Positions 8,297-17,600 of a stretch of DNA of 32,000 bases are shown piece by piece (position 1 is the stretch's first letter; every line of letters begins with the position of its first letter). Below the pieces are notes generated by a model. The model saw nothing but the letters and a program-made list of their open reading frames with translations. It was not told the origin of the DNA and made no database searches. This stretch comes from Ferroglobus placidus DSM 10642. GTDB lineage: Archaea; Halobacteriota; Archaeoglobi; Archaeoglobales; Archaeoglobaceae. Location of the stretch: the NCBI RefSeq assembly GCF_000025505.1, contig NC_013849.1, positions 810,001-842,000 of the forward strand, written 5' to 3'. A program made the translations under genes and the position numbers.

Positions 8297-9205
8297 TCAC
8301 GTCATCCACCTTATGTATGAGCCAAGAAAAACTGCGAGAACACCTAAAAGTAAGTTCGCGTAAGCCATTATTTTGAACGCTTTCACAGCAGACTTAACTT
8401 CCTTAAAATTCTCGAGAGCGTTTCCAACGTATCCTACCGGCTTAAACCTCTCCAATACAGATAAACCGTGGGGAGAATTTTTGATCTCCTCCGTCAAGTC
8501 TCTCCAAGCTTTATGATAGCCGGCGTGAATACCATCTTTCCACGATTTGCTCGATGAAAAGTCGTAAACGAGACCAAAAACGCTCACGAGAACTCTACTT
8601 TTATCATCGATTCTGTCAAATCTTTCGAGCTTTTTAATATCAACGTTAGATATCAAGGACGGATTTATCTTCGATTCCCTGAACTTTTTGTTCAGCTTGA
8701 AGGTTAACAGAACAGCCGTAGAGAGCATGAACAGGTAAATGAAGATTTTAACGAGAACAATTTTACCGCTTTCAGAAGTCAGTAGCTCTTCTAAAGAAGC
8801 GTATTTGAAATAAGTAAGCAAAAAACCGGTGATTCCGGTGAGAAAAATGCCGGTCCACCCGAGAAGAAGTTCTTTTTTCGGTGCGCCTCCAGCAACAACG
8901 ATATCTGGAGTTAAGATGACGTGGACGAAGATTATTGCGCCGATCCAGAAAACGGCAGAGAACAAGTGCAGGGATCCGACGATAAACACCACTTCTCTGC
9001 CAACTCCCCGCGAAAATTCCTTTTTCACCTTAAATTCCCTGCCAAACTCGTTCAAATCCCCGGTTTTGGGATTCGTGTGGCAAGCTGCGCATTCAAGACC
9101 GGTTTCTTCAGAATACTTCGGAAGAGCTTTTGCCGGGAATGCCAGAAGTAAGATTAACGTGATGACCACAAGGGCTCTCACGATCCAAAGTTTTCGGAAG
9201 TCCAA
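8297..9205 (-). CDS. Membrane protein with N-terminal c-type heme motif, CopD-like membrane domain and cytochrome b5-like domain
   Basis: Signal-like N-terminus; GLECAACHTNP (CxxCH); hydrophobic helices SLHLFSAVFWIGAIIFVHVIL etc.; LVSVFGLVYDFSSSKSWKDGIHAGYHKAWRDLTEEIKNSPHG resembles prokaryotic cytochrome b5-like domain. Confidence 0.8.
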   Translation of the reverse strand: MDFRKLWIVRALVVITLILLLAFPAKALPKYSEETGLECAACHTNPKTGDLNEFGREFKVKKEFSRGVGREVVFIVGSLHLFSAVFWIGAIIFVHVILTPDIVVAGGAPKKELLLGWTGIFLTGITGFLLTYFKYASLEELLTSESGKIVLVKIFIYLFMLSTAVLLTFKLNKKFRESKINPSLISNVDIKKLERFDRIDDKSRVLVSVFGLVYDFSSSKSWKDGIHAGYHKAWRDLTEEIKNSPHGLSVLERFKPVGYVGNALENFKEVKSAVKAFKIMAYANLLLGVLAVFLGSYIRWMT

Positions 9206-9288
9206 TAAAAACTTTGTCGTAACTTATGTCTGCCATCCAGTAAACTTAACTCATTTGAGCCATATAAAATCCTCGAAAACACGAATAC

Positions 9289-9795
9289 TTAACCTTGTCC
9301 CTTCACCCACTCGCTCAGGTATATCCTGTAGGTCTTTCCAAATCTCTCCCTGTATATCAAATCCTTCTCCTCGAGCTTCTTTATGATCATCGATATTTTC
9401 GACGTTGAAAAGCCCGTTCTGAAGTGGAGGCTGTCCTGCGTTATTCCCTCATTCTCCGCTATTATTCTAAGAACCTTTCTCTCGTCCTCTTCGAGAAGTT
9501 TTTCAGCTATGGCAAGTTTTTCGTCATATTTCTTGGTTTCCTGAGCATTTTCCTCTGATTCCTTCTGGTTGTTTGAATTAACATTTTCGCCCCTCTCTTT
9601 GTATCTTTCTGACTGAGCATTGAGAATTATGGGAATGAGAATCAGCAATATTCCAACGAGAGCCAGAATGGATGGCAGAGTGCTGTAATACGGAGAGTGC
9701 ATCATCATGTGGTGAGTTGTTTGAGGAACGAGAGTGTATGAAAATGCAAGAATTACAAGTCCAGCGATGATTAGGATGAGATATTCGCTTCTCAT
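9289..9795 (-). CDS. Membrane-anchored winged-helix DNA-binding protein
   Basis: Two N-terminal hydrophobic segments flanking QTTHHMMMHSPYYS, then ERKVLRIIAENEGITQDSLHFRTGFSTSKISMIIKKLEEKDLIYRERFGKTYRIYLSEW (MarR/IclR-like wHTH). Confidence 0.82.
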   Translation of the reverse strand: MRSEYLILIIAGLVILAFSYTLVPQTTHHMMMHSPYYSTLPSILALVGILLILIPIILNAQSERYKERGENVNSNNQKESEENAQETKKYDEKLAIAEKLLEEDERKVLRIIAENEGITQDSLHFRTGFSTSKISMIIKKLEEKDLIYRERFGKTYRIYLSEWVKGQG

Positions 9796-10070
9796 AGACC
9801 AGCTTTCATCCGCCAGAACAAAAAACTTACTCCTTTCAAAATGTCAAAAATTAGTGGTGTTTTTTAACGAACTGGCGGTCAGTGAAGCGTGGTTGCAGCA
9901 CTTGAGATAGAAGAGAAATTATATTTCCAATCAAATTTCGAAGACTCGTAAACTTTACCCAATCTACTCTGCAAGCTGTTCATGCTCTTACAACTACCTG
10001 AGACGGTTAAGTTGACGGGGCTAAAAATTTAGGGAAAAGAGTAATACGAATTACATATGAAATTTATTTC

Positions 10071-10553
10071 ATGTGTGCGAAGGTTATTGATGAATTTAGA
10101 GAGGATCACAGAGTTGTGAGAGATAGCCTATTAGAGCTTGCATCAGCTTTAGAGAAAAAAGAGATCAACAAAGCCAGAGATGTGCTCGAAAGACTGAACA
10201 AGCTCCTTGGACCTCACTTCAGGTTTGAAGAGGAGAAACTTTACCCAACCCTCAGAAAGTTTCTTGGAGAATACGTTGACAAGCTTTTGAAAGAGCACGA
10301 CACAGCAATAAGTTCCGCTAAAGAGCTGGCTGAACTTCTTTCCAAAGAGGAGATTTCCGACGAAGAGGCTAAAGAGGCAGCGAGCAAGGTTAGAGGTTTG
10401 CTCGTTCACGTTTCCAACTGCGATGGACTTGCGATACTTGCGGAAAGGTTGAGCGAAGAGGAGATAAAAGATCTCGAAAAAACATTCTCGGAATTCAGAA
10501 GCGAAGGTGTCCCGCTTTTGGAGTGGGCTGAAAAGATAAGGGTTAAAGCATGA
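10071..10553 (+). CDS. Hemerythrin HHE domain protein
   Basis: EFREDHRVVRDSL, HFRFEEEKLYPTL, LLKEHDTAI pattern of HHE cation-binding helices. Confidence 0.82.
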   Translation: MCAKVIDEFREDHRVVRDSLLELASALEKKEINKARDVLERLNKLLGPHFRFEEEKLYPTLRKFLGEYVDKLLKEHDTAISSAKELAELLSKEEISDEEAKEAASKVRGLLVHVSNCDGLAILAERLSEEEIKDLEKTFSEFRSEGVPLLEWAEKIRVKA

Positions 10554-10957
10554 AAAACGTTTCCGTAATTTTTCATTCCGGGTCCTACGATAGAGTGCAC
10601 CATGGCTTATCCATAGCTCTATCCGCCCTACTCATGGGTGGAAAAGCGAAGCTTTACTTCACTCACGCTTCGCTGAAATACGTAAAAAAAGGAGTGAAGC
10701 CAAGTGAAAAAATTGTCGTGGAAGGAGACGAGTACTACGCTGAGAGGTATGTATCCAGCGTGGAAGAGGGGCATGTTGAGAAGCTTGAGGAGATGATAAG
10801 ATACTGTAAAGAGGTTGGAGCTGAGATCTACGCTTGTCCAGCTTCGATGGCAATGCTTAACATCTCAAGAGATGAGTTGATCGATGAGGTTGACGAGGTA
10901 ATAGGGCTTTCAGATTTCATTAACAGATCGAAGGATTTTGACCTGATATTTATTTAG
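10550..10957 (+). CDS. DsrE/DsrF-like family protein
   Basis: SVIFHSGSYDRVHHGLSIALSALLMGGKAKLYFTHASLKYVKKG and IYACPASMAMLNI are typical of DsrE-like proteins; ATGA overlap with the upstream hemerythrin gene. Confidence 0.72.
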   Translation: MKNVSVIFHSGSYDRVHHGLSIALSALLMGGKAKLYFTHASLKYVKKGVKPSEKIVVEGDEYYAERYVSSVEEGHVEKLEEMIRYCKEVGAEIYACPASMAMLNISRDELIDEVDEVIGLSDFINRSKDFDLIFI

Positions 10958-10961
10958 CTTC

Positions 10962-12260
10962 GTGCGATTACAAGAAAGAAACGAATTTTTTATATATTCG
11001 CCATTAAACCTGAAAAATATGTTCAAAGCCCCCTACACCACCCATCCTGTGAGGTTGCACATCTACTCCCACGACATCACATCACCACCCTGGATTTTTA
11101 AGAAGCTTATTAAGGAAGCCGACGTAGTCGTTCAGCCCAGAAGCGAGGATGATCTCGTTGAAATTCTTGAGTATGCGAAGGAAAATAAGATGCCCATAGT
11201 CCCGAGGGGTGCTGCAACTTCCGGTTACGGAGGAGCTGTGCCGTATAAAGGAGGAATAATCGTAGATTTTTCGAAGATGAACAGGTTTGAAGTAAACGAG
11301 GAAGAAGGAATTTTAATATCCCAGCCCGGAGCCGTTTGGCTCGATGTAAAAAAGGAGGTCGAGAAGAAGGGATTTACTCTTAGAGTTTATCCGACGAGTG
11401 CTCCTTCATCAACGGTCGGTGGATGGATCGCTCAGGGAGGTCACGGCATAGGCAGTTTCAAGTACGGAGAGGTGTGGGAAAGCGTTGAAAAAATCAGAGT
11501 TCTCGACTTTAGAGGGTTTAGAGAGACGTCAAACCTTCTCTTCTACTCCGGTCTCTGCGGAACGACAGGATTGATAACCAAAGCTTGGGTAAAGCTGAAA
11601 GATTACGTCGAGCATAAAAGAACTGGCTACAACACCGACGCCGGAATAATAATGAAGACTGTCAAAGCCCGTCCGCCGAAGCTTACAACCATTCTCCTCT
11701 ACGGTCACAAAACGATGGAGCTTAAAAAGGAGATAGAGGATCCTTCCCTTCCGGAATTTAGCGCAGCGTTGTTTGAGTACGAAGATCCAAACGCCAACGA
11801 GAACGAACTCGGAGAAAAGCTGTGGAAAGGTGTCTTCTATCCCCTGAGAATTAAAAGAAAGGGTCCGAGCTTGATAGTCAGCGAGGTGTTTTTGTCTTAC
11901 GTAACCGCCGAAGACTACATTTACTGGCTTGAGAACGAAGAAATCCCCTACGAAGTGCTGTTCTCAAAAAGAGGGGCGGCAGTTTTAGCCATGTTCTTCG
12001 AGGATGAGAGAAAATTCGGCTATACTTTAGCTTGGAGGAAGGCTCTGAAAGTGATGAGAGTCGCTGAGAGAAAGTACAAAGCTATTCCGTACTCGGTAGG
12101 TATGTATCTGGCTCACAAAGCCAAGAAATATTTCGAAAATTACGATGAGCTTGTCGAATTGAAGAAACTCGTTGATCCGTACAACCTGCTAAACCCCGGA
12201 AAAGTTTTTCCCTCCACACTGAGCTTCATAGCAAAGATAGCGAACATGGTGGTAATATGA
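10962..12260 (+). CDS. FAD-binding oxidase, GlcD / D-lactate dehydrogenase type
   Basis: VVQPRSEDDLVEILEYAKENKMPIVPRGAATSGYGGAVPYKGGIIVDFSKMN and C-terminal KKLVDPYNLLNPGKVFP. Confidence 0.88.
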   Translation: MRLQERNEFFIYSPLNLKNMFKAPYTTHPVRLHIYSHDITSPPWIFKKLIKEADVVVQPRSEDDLVEILEYAKENKMPIVPRGAATSGYGGAVPYKGGIIVDFSKMNRFEVNEEEGILISQPGAVWLDVKKEVEKKGFTLRVYPTSAPSSTVGGWIAQGGHGIGSFKYGEVWESVEKIRVLDFRGFRETSNLLFYSGLCGTTGLITKAWVKLKDYVEHKRTGYNTDAGIIMKTVKARPPKLTTILLYGHKTMELKKEIEDPSLPEFSAALFEYEDPNANENELGEKLWKGVFYPLRIKRKGPSLIVSEVFLSYVTAEDYIYWLENEEIPYEVLFSKRGAAVLAMFFEDERKFGYTLAWRKALKVMRVAERKYKAIPYSVGMYLAHKAKKYFENYDELVELKKLVDPYNLLNPGKVFPSTLSFIAKIANMVVI

Positions 12261-13384
12261 AGTTCGAGAAGTTAGTTGAAGATGAAGCTTTCATCTGCGC
12301 TCAGTGCAATTTCTGCAGAGTTTGCCCTGCTTTCAAACACGAAGACTGGGAAAGTGCTTCGCCGAGGGGGAGAATTTATTTAATAAAGAGCCTAATTAGA
12401 GGAGAAATAAAACCGGAAGACCTCGACGAGGAGATAATTCAGGACTTTTTTAAATGCACGACCTGCGGAGAATGCGAGGTGGTTTGCCAAACTGAAATTC
12501 CGCTTATAGACGTTTGGGAAAAGGCGAGAGCGAGCCTCGTTAAGGAAGGATTTATCCTCCCCGCCCACAAAAGGATCGGAGAAGCGGCGAAAAAAACCGG
12601 CTGTCCCTACGGAGAAGATAGAAGCAGAGACTGGTGGTTAGACTTCGAGGTTAGCGAAAAAGCGGAAGTAGCATACTTTGCCGGATGCACCGCAACATTT
12701 AGAACTGTGGAAATAGCAAAAAACACCGTGGAATTTTTGAAAAAAGCTGGAATCGACTTCACCTACGCTAAAAACGATGAAATTTGCTGCGGCTCACCTC
12801 TTCTAAGGACAGGGCAGAGGGAAATAGCTTACGAATTCTTCAAAAAGAACTACGAGGAGTGGAAGAGGAGAGGTGTGAAAAAGATCGTAACGAGCTGCTC
12901 CGGATGTTACAGAACTATAAAAAGGGATTATCCGGAAATAGCGAAAGAGCTCGGTTACGAGTGGGACTTCGAAGTTTATCACGTTTCTCAGCTAATCCAC
13001 GAGCTGATAAAATCAGGAGAGCTGAGGCTGGAGAAATTGAACAAAACCGTAACCTATCACGACCCCTGCCACCTCGGAAGGCACATGAAGGTTTACGAAG
13101 AACCAAGAGAGGTTTTGAAAGCTTTAGGAGCGGATATCGTTGAGATGGAGAACAACAGAGAAGAAGCTTCCTGCTGCGGAGCTGGAGGGGGAGTAAAAGC
13201 CCAGTTTAAAGAGCTTGCGATGAAGATGGGAATTGACAGAATTTCCGAAGCTGAGAAAACCGGAGCAGAACTTATAGTTTCCTGCTGCCCCTTCTGCAAG
13301 CTTCACTTGAATCAGGCTGCCGAAGAAAAGAATTCAAAACTTAGAGTTGTGGATCTGATAGAGATCGTCAACCAGCTTTTGTAA
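12257..13384 (+). CDS. Fe-S oxidoreductase with two CCG domains, GlcF/HdrD type
   Basis: Ferredoxin motifs CAQCNFCRVCPA and CTTCGECEVVCQTE; CCG-type motifs ICCGSPLLRTG and SCCGAGGGV; overlaps upstream gene by ATGA. Confidence 0.9.
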   Translation: MKFEKLVEDEAFICAQCNFCRVCPAFKHEDWESASPRGRIYLIKSLIRGEIKPEDLDEEIIQDFFKCTTCGECEVVCQTEIPLIDVWEKARASLVKEGFILPAHKRIGEAAKKTGCPYGEDRSRDWWLDFEVSEKAEVAYFAGCTATFRTVEIAKNTVEFLKKAGIDFTYAKNDEICCGSPLLRTGQREIAYEFFKKNYEEWKRRGVKKIVTSCSGCYRTIKRDYPEIAKELGYEWDFEVYHVSQLIHELIKSGELRLEKLNKTVTYHDPCHLGRHMKVYEEPREVLKALGADIVEMENNREEASCCGAGGGVKAQFKELAMKMGIDRISEAEKTGAELIVSCCPFCKLHLNQAAEEKNSKLRVVDLIEIVNQLL

Positions 13385-14086
13385 TCACCACACGATATCG
13401 GCGCAGTTAAAAACCGGTCCTTCGACGCAAACCCTCATTCCATTTCCGATTACACAGCTTCCGCAAACTCCAATTCCGCACTTCATGTATCTCTCCAGCG
13501 ACATTTCCACCCTCTTCTCGATTCCAAGCTCTTTAAAGTAGTTGTACAGACCCCTCAAGACTATCTCCGGTCCGCAGGCGTATATTCTATCGTATTCTTC
13601 CAAATCTTCTGAATAAACCAAATCGAAAACTGTCCCTTGCTCTCCGTAGCTTCCGTCTTCAGTGGCAACTCTGCATTCTCCGAAGCTTTCGAGGAAAATC
13701 AGATCGTCGTAGCTTCTCGCAGCGTAGATCGTCGAAATTTCTTCAGCGTACTTTTCCAAAAACTTTTGGAGAAAGGCTAAAGGAGCTGCTCCAATTCCCG
13801 CAGCAATTATCAAAGCTTTTCCGCTCGTGGGAGAGAATGGATTTCCGAGAGGCCCTTTTACACCAACCCTCGTTCCGGGCTTAATTTTTACGAGGTATCT
13901 CGTTGTCTCACCAACAGCTTTGACGGTAACGGAATTTTCAGAGGATAAGCTTAAGGGAATCTCTTCCAAGCCAAAAACGTGAAGCATAATGAACTGCCCG
14001 GGATAAGCTCTAAAGCTCCTGTCGAAGATGATAGTGGAGTACCTTTCGTTGTGTTCTATCACTTCCTCTATCTTTACCGTAAACAT
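13385..14086 (-). CDS. pyrK: Dihydroorotate dehydrogenase electron transfer subunit (PyrK-like)
   Basis: PGQFIMLHVFGLEEIPLSLS, GPLGNPF, IIAAGIGAAPLAFL, and C-terminal [2Fe-2S] motif MKCGIGVCGSCVIGNGMRVCVEGPVF. Confidence 0.88.
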   Translation of the reverse strand: MFTVKIEEVIEHNERYSTIIFDRSFRAYPGQFIMLHVFGLEEIPLSLSSENSVTVKAVGETTRYLVKIKPGTRVGVKGPLGNPFSPTSGKALIIAAGIGAAPLAFLQKFLEKYAEEISTIYAARSYDDLIFLESFGECRVATEDGSYGEQGTVFDLVYSEDLEEYDRIYACGPEIVLRGLYNYFKELGIEKRVEMSLERYMKCGIGVCGSCVIGNGMRVCVEGPVFNCADIVW

Positions 14087-14210
14087 CCTAAACCCTCAGA
14101 GATCCGTTTTTCATCACTATTCAGAGGCGGATTAGTTCATCATCGGCTACAACTATTTGAATCGTAGTTTTATAAAATTTTACCACCGCCATGGTTGACG
14201 TCAACATGTC

Positions 14211-15424
14211 GTTTCAATCCTCTTTTCATCGAGAAGCCGTGCCGTTCGACTCGTTGTCATACTCGCTGGCTAGAGAGAATGTACCGTTTCAGTCCTCTAT
14301 TTGAGATTCACAGTTTCCCTTACCTTGAACCCGAATTTTTCGAGTTCTTCGAGCTTATAGTTTCAGTCCTCTATTTGAGATTCACGCAGAGGGAGGTTAC
14401 GGTCATAGAGGACATACAGCTTATGTTTCAGTCCTCTATTTGAGATTCCTGACTATTTAAGGCAGAACGGCTATGCTGTGTTTGGCAGGTTTCAGTCCTC
14501 TATTTGAGATTCAGTGGGCGTGGTTTGGATTAGCAGGCATGAGCTTAGCGAAAGTTTCAGTCCTCTATTTGAGATTCTTGAAGGCTATAGTGGACGAGGG
14601 CTGGGAGTGGATATTTAGGTTTCAGTCCTCTATTTGAGATTCGTGTGATAGCTGCGGGAATACCGGTCATCGTTAATATTCTACGTTTCAGTCCTCTATT
14701 TGAGATTCTGAAAGGAAAAAACTGCTGTATTATGCTCGGCGTAACGAACGTTTCAGTCCTCTATTTGAGATTCATATGAGCAAGTATGAAAAGAAGGTCA
14801 GAGTAGTGGTTGAAGTTTCAGTCCTCTATTTGAGATTCCGAGGTTGTAAGAATTGGTGGAGTTGAGGTATGGATAAGGTTTCAGTCCTCTATTTGAGATT
14901 CCTGGAAGGAGTCACCTACACCGAGGAGACTGCAACAATCAGTTTCAGTCCTCTATTTGAGATTCCGGAGCCAGAGGTGGAGTTGACATTCCGGCGGAAG
15001 ACAAGAGTTTCAGTCCTCTATTTGAGATTCCAACACATATATTACTTACCCCTAAGCAGAGACAGAATGAAGCGTTTCAGTCCTCTATTTGAGATTCTGG
15101 AACCACGAGTCATCAGAGACGCCATCGAGAGAGCCATGTTTCAGTCCTCTATTTGAGATTCTTTTCTGCTACGACTTTCTCGAAAGTGTTTCAACCAAGT
15201 ACAGTTTCAGTCCTCTATTTGAGATTCGAAGAATTGAGAAGAGTTTTGGAGACGAAGATATTTTGAAGTTTCAGTCCTCTATTTGAGATTCCAGAAAGAA
15301 GGCAGAACGAATTAAGGAATTGAAAAGGAAAAAGTTTCAGTCCTCTATTTGAGATTCTTATCTCTATCTTCCCTGAGGGCATTTCTTGCAGCCCTCATAA
15401 GTTTCAGTCCTCTATTTGAGATTC
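14211..15424 (-). CRISPR. CRISPR array: 18 identical 24-nt repeats (GTTTCAGTCCTCTATTTGAGATTC on +; crRNA sense GAATCTCAAATAGAGGACTGAAAC) plus one degenerate distal repeat at 14211-14234
   Basis: Repeats start at 14286, 14360, 14425, 14489, 14554, 14619, 14685, 14750, 14815, 14878, 14942, 15007, 15074, 15138, 15204, 15268, 15334, 15401. Spacers mostly 39-43 nt; the two leftmost intervals are 50-51 nt. Orientation inferred from the GAAAC 3' end on minus strand and the degenerate repeat at the left (distal) end. Confidence 0.98.
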
Positions 15425-15816
15425 GGTTGTACTCTAACAAAATTTACGTCGAATGGAAGTATATAACGCTTTCTCTTCGCAACGCCTTCTCGAACACGAT
15501 ATACCGAGCGAAACAATTAAAAACGAAACCCTGGCGTGTTCGAGGAAAAATTTAAATAGTAGAAAGCTTTCCGCAGCTTTAACAGCGTTAAAGGTGCGAA
15601 ATGTTCGAGTAGTCCAGAAATTTTGGAACTACAGAGAAAATAAATTTAAAGCGAAATAAACCTTCAAAAAGATTCTAATTTGAAATTCAGTTGATCATCA
15701 GCCTTTTCAATTATTTAACAGGAAATTAAAGGACTGAAAAATGAGAAAATACTGAAGAAGATAGATAGGCACTGATTCAAGCGTTTATGCCGGCGTAGTC
15801 GTTAAGAAAGAATAGT
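15425..15816 (-). promoter_or_regulatory. Putative CRISPR leader; TATA-like element at about 15460-15467 read on the minus strand
   Basis: AT-rich non-coding stretch on the side predicted to be leader-proximal; minus-strand AGAAAGCGTTATATAC resembles an archaeal BRE/TATA about 36 nt before the first repeat. Confidence 0.5.
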
Positions 15817-15885
15817 GTGAGGTGTATGCTTATCAGTCCGCATATGTCAGAAAAAACTTATACCATTGTTGCATTTATTAGGCAC

Positions 15886-16404
15886 ATGGAATGTCTCGAA
15901 GCGATTTTCACCAGAGTCTCGATCAGGAGGTTTAAAAAAGACCCGATTGACGACGAAATCATAATAAGGTTGCTCGAAGCGGGAAATGCGGCTCCTTCAG
16001 CTGGAAACTTACAAGCGAGGGATTTCATAGTCGTTAAGGATGAGGAGACGAAGCTGAAGCTGGCTGTAGCAAGCTTGAGACAGAGTTTCGTCGCCGAAGC
16101 TCCGGTTGTGATAGTTGTATGCGCAAACTATCCGAGAAGCATGCAGGTCTACGGCGAGAGAGGAAAGCTCTATGCTGAACAAGATGCCACTGCTGCGGTG
16201 GAAAACATCTTGCTTGCCGCCCACTGCATGGGACTCGGAGCGGTGTGGGTTGGAGCCTTCAACGAAGAGAGGGTTGCTGAAATTCTCAACATTCCGAGCT
16301 ACGCGAGACCGATGGCTATTATTCCCGTAGGCTACCCGGCAGAAAGACCCAGCCCGAGGAGGAGAATGAAAATAGAGGAGATAACCCACTGGGAGAGATG
16401 GTGA
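15886..16404 (+). CDS. Nitroreductase family protein (likely start at 15886 rather than the ORF-track 15817)
   Basis: [50 protein letters not shown] and [10 protein letters not shown]...[20 protein letters not shown]. Confidence 0.9.
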   Translation: MECLEAIFTRVSIRRFKKDPIDDEIIIRLLEAGNAAPSAGNLQARDFIVVKDEETKLKLAVASLRQSFVAEAPVVIVVCANYPRSMQVYGERGKLYAEQDATAAVENILLAAHCMGLGAVWVGAFNEERVAEILNIPSYARPMAIIPVGYPAERPSPRRRMKIEEITHWERW

Positions 16405-17153
16405 TAGCTCTACTCACGGACTTCGGAGACTTCTATCCGGGAGTGATGAAAGGAGTAATCAGGAAGATCACCGAGGAGGAAATAGTTGACATAACGCATT
16501 CTGTCAGAGCTCAGAACGTGTTTGAAGGAGCTTTCCTGCTTTACAACTCCTACAAATTTTTTCCGAAAGGAAGCATTTTCGTGGCTGTCGTCGATCCCGG
16601 AGTTGGAGGGAAAAGGAGGGCTTTAGCTGTTAAAACTAAAAATTACTGGTTCGTAGCTCCGGATAACGGAATAGCCTATCCATCAGCTTCCGAAGACGGA
16701 ATAGAGAAGATAATTTCTCTGAATTCCAGGAAGCTCTCAGAATTCTCTGGAGAACTTTCATCCACCTTCCACGGAAGAGACGTTTTCGCACCTGCGGCAG
16801 CGCTAATAGCTGAGGGGAAAATAGACGAGTACGGGGAAGAAGTAGAGACGATGAAAGAGCTCGAACTCTTCCAAGTAAAAATCGGAGAAAAGATTGCCTG
16901 CAAAGTTGCTTACGTAGATCGGTTCGGAAACATCGTTACGAATCTGAAAAAGGAAATTGTAGAAGATTTGAAACCGAAAGGATTTTACATTAACGAAACT
17001 AAAATTCCTTTCGTGAAGAAGTACGAGGACGTGAACGTCGGAGAGCCTTTAGCGCTAATTGGAAGCTTTAACACTCTGGAAATTAGCGTTAGGGAAGGTA
17101 ACGCAGCTGAATTTTTCGGAATTGAGGACGAGATTGAGTTAGGGTGGTTTTGA
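16398..17153 (+). CDS. SAM-dependent hydroxide adenosyltransferase / DUF62 family
   Basis: [65 protein letters not shown]. Confidence 0.92.
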   Translation: MVIALLTDFGDFYPGVMKGVIRKITEEEIVDITHSVRAQNVFEGAFLLYNSYKFFPKGSIFVAVVDPGVGGKRRALAVKTKNYWFVAPDNGIAYPSASEDGIEKIISLNSRKLSEFSGELSSTFHGRDVFAPAAALIAEGKIDEYGEEVETMKELELFQVKIGEKIACKVAYVDRFGNIVTNLKKEIVEDLKPKGFYINETKIPFVKKYEDVNVGEPLALIGSFNTLEISVREGNAAEFFGIEDEIELGWF

Positions 17154-17551
17154 TGATTAACGAGAGAACTTTAGCGAAGCTCGCGGAAGCGATGAATAAG
17201 CACATTCCGAGGAGCAGGAGAAGTTTAAAGGAACTGCTGGAGATGAAAGATCCAACCTACATTGCCAAGGACGGAAACGAATACTATATCGAGAAAAAAG
17301 AGCTCGAATTTATAGCCGAGCACGTGGACGAAATTTACTGGGGAAGGTTCTGGATTCCAATAATTCTGGAGATGACGAGCATTGGAAGCGAATACGTCAT
17401 TTTCGTTAGAGATAAACTGCATGCTGAATTCATCAGCAAAGCTTTCGGAATAGATAGATTTACGAAGCAGGGATTGATGCTGTACTCCTACGAGATGCAG
17501 AAGGTTAGGAAGAAGCTTAGAACGGCTACGCAGGTTTTCTTCAGAGTCTAA
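17144..17551 (+). CDS. DUF61 / UPF0216 family protein
   Basis: MNKHIPRSRRSLKELLEMKDPTYIAKDGNEYYIEKKELEFIAEHV; overlaps upstream gene. Confidence 0.8.
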   Translation: MVLMINERTLAKLAEAMNKHIPRSRRSLKELLEMKDPTYIAKDGNEYYIEKKELEFIAEHVDEIYWGRFWIPIILEMTSIGSEYVIFVRDKLHAEFISKAFGIDRFTKQGLMLYSYEMQKVRKKLRTATQVFFRV

Positions 17552-17600
17552 CTTCATACTTGGGATAACTTTAAAACCTCTTTCAATATAAGAGAAAACG

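Noticed and set aside
9796-10070. 275-bp intergenic region considered for a tRNA, small RNA or transposon remnant
   Set aside because: No tRNA T-loop motif, terminal inverted repeats or recognisable transposase fragments could be identified by eye.
10962-13384. GlcD/GlcF-like pair as part of a novel pathway
   Set aside because: Both proteins have standard motifs and the pairing is common for D-lactate or glycolate-type oxidation.
14195-15555. Plus-strand ORFs 14195..14443, 14869..15156, 15089..15286 and 15349..15555
   Set aside because: They translate CRISPR repeats (recurrent FSPLFEI / VLYLRF / FQSSI peptides), so they are artefacts of the array or its flank.
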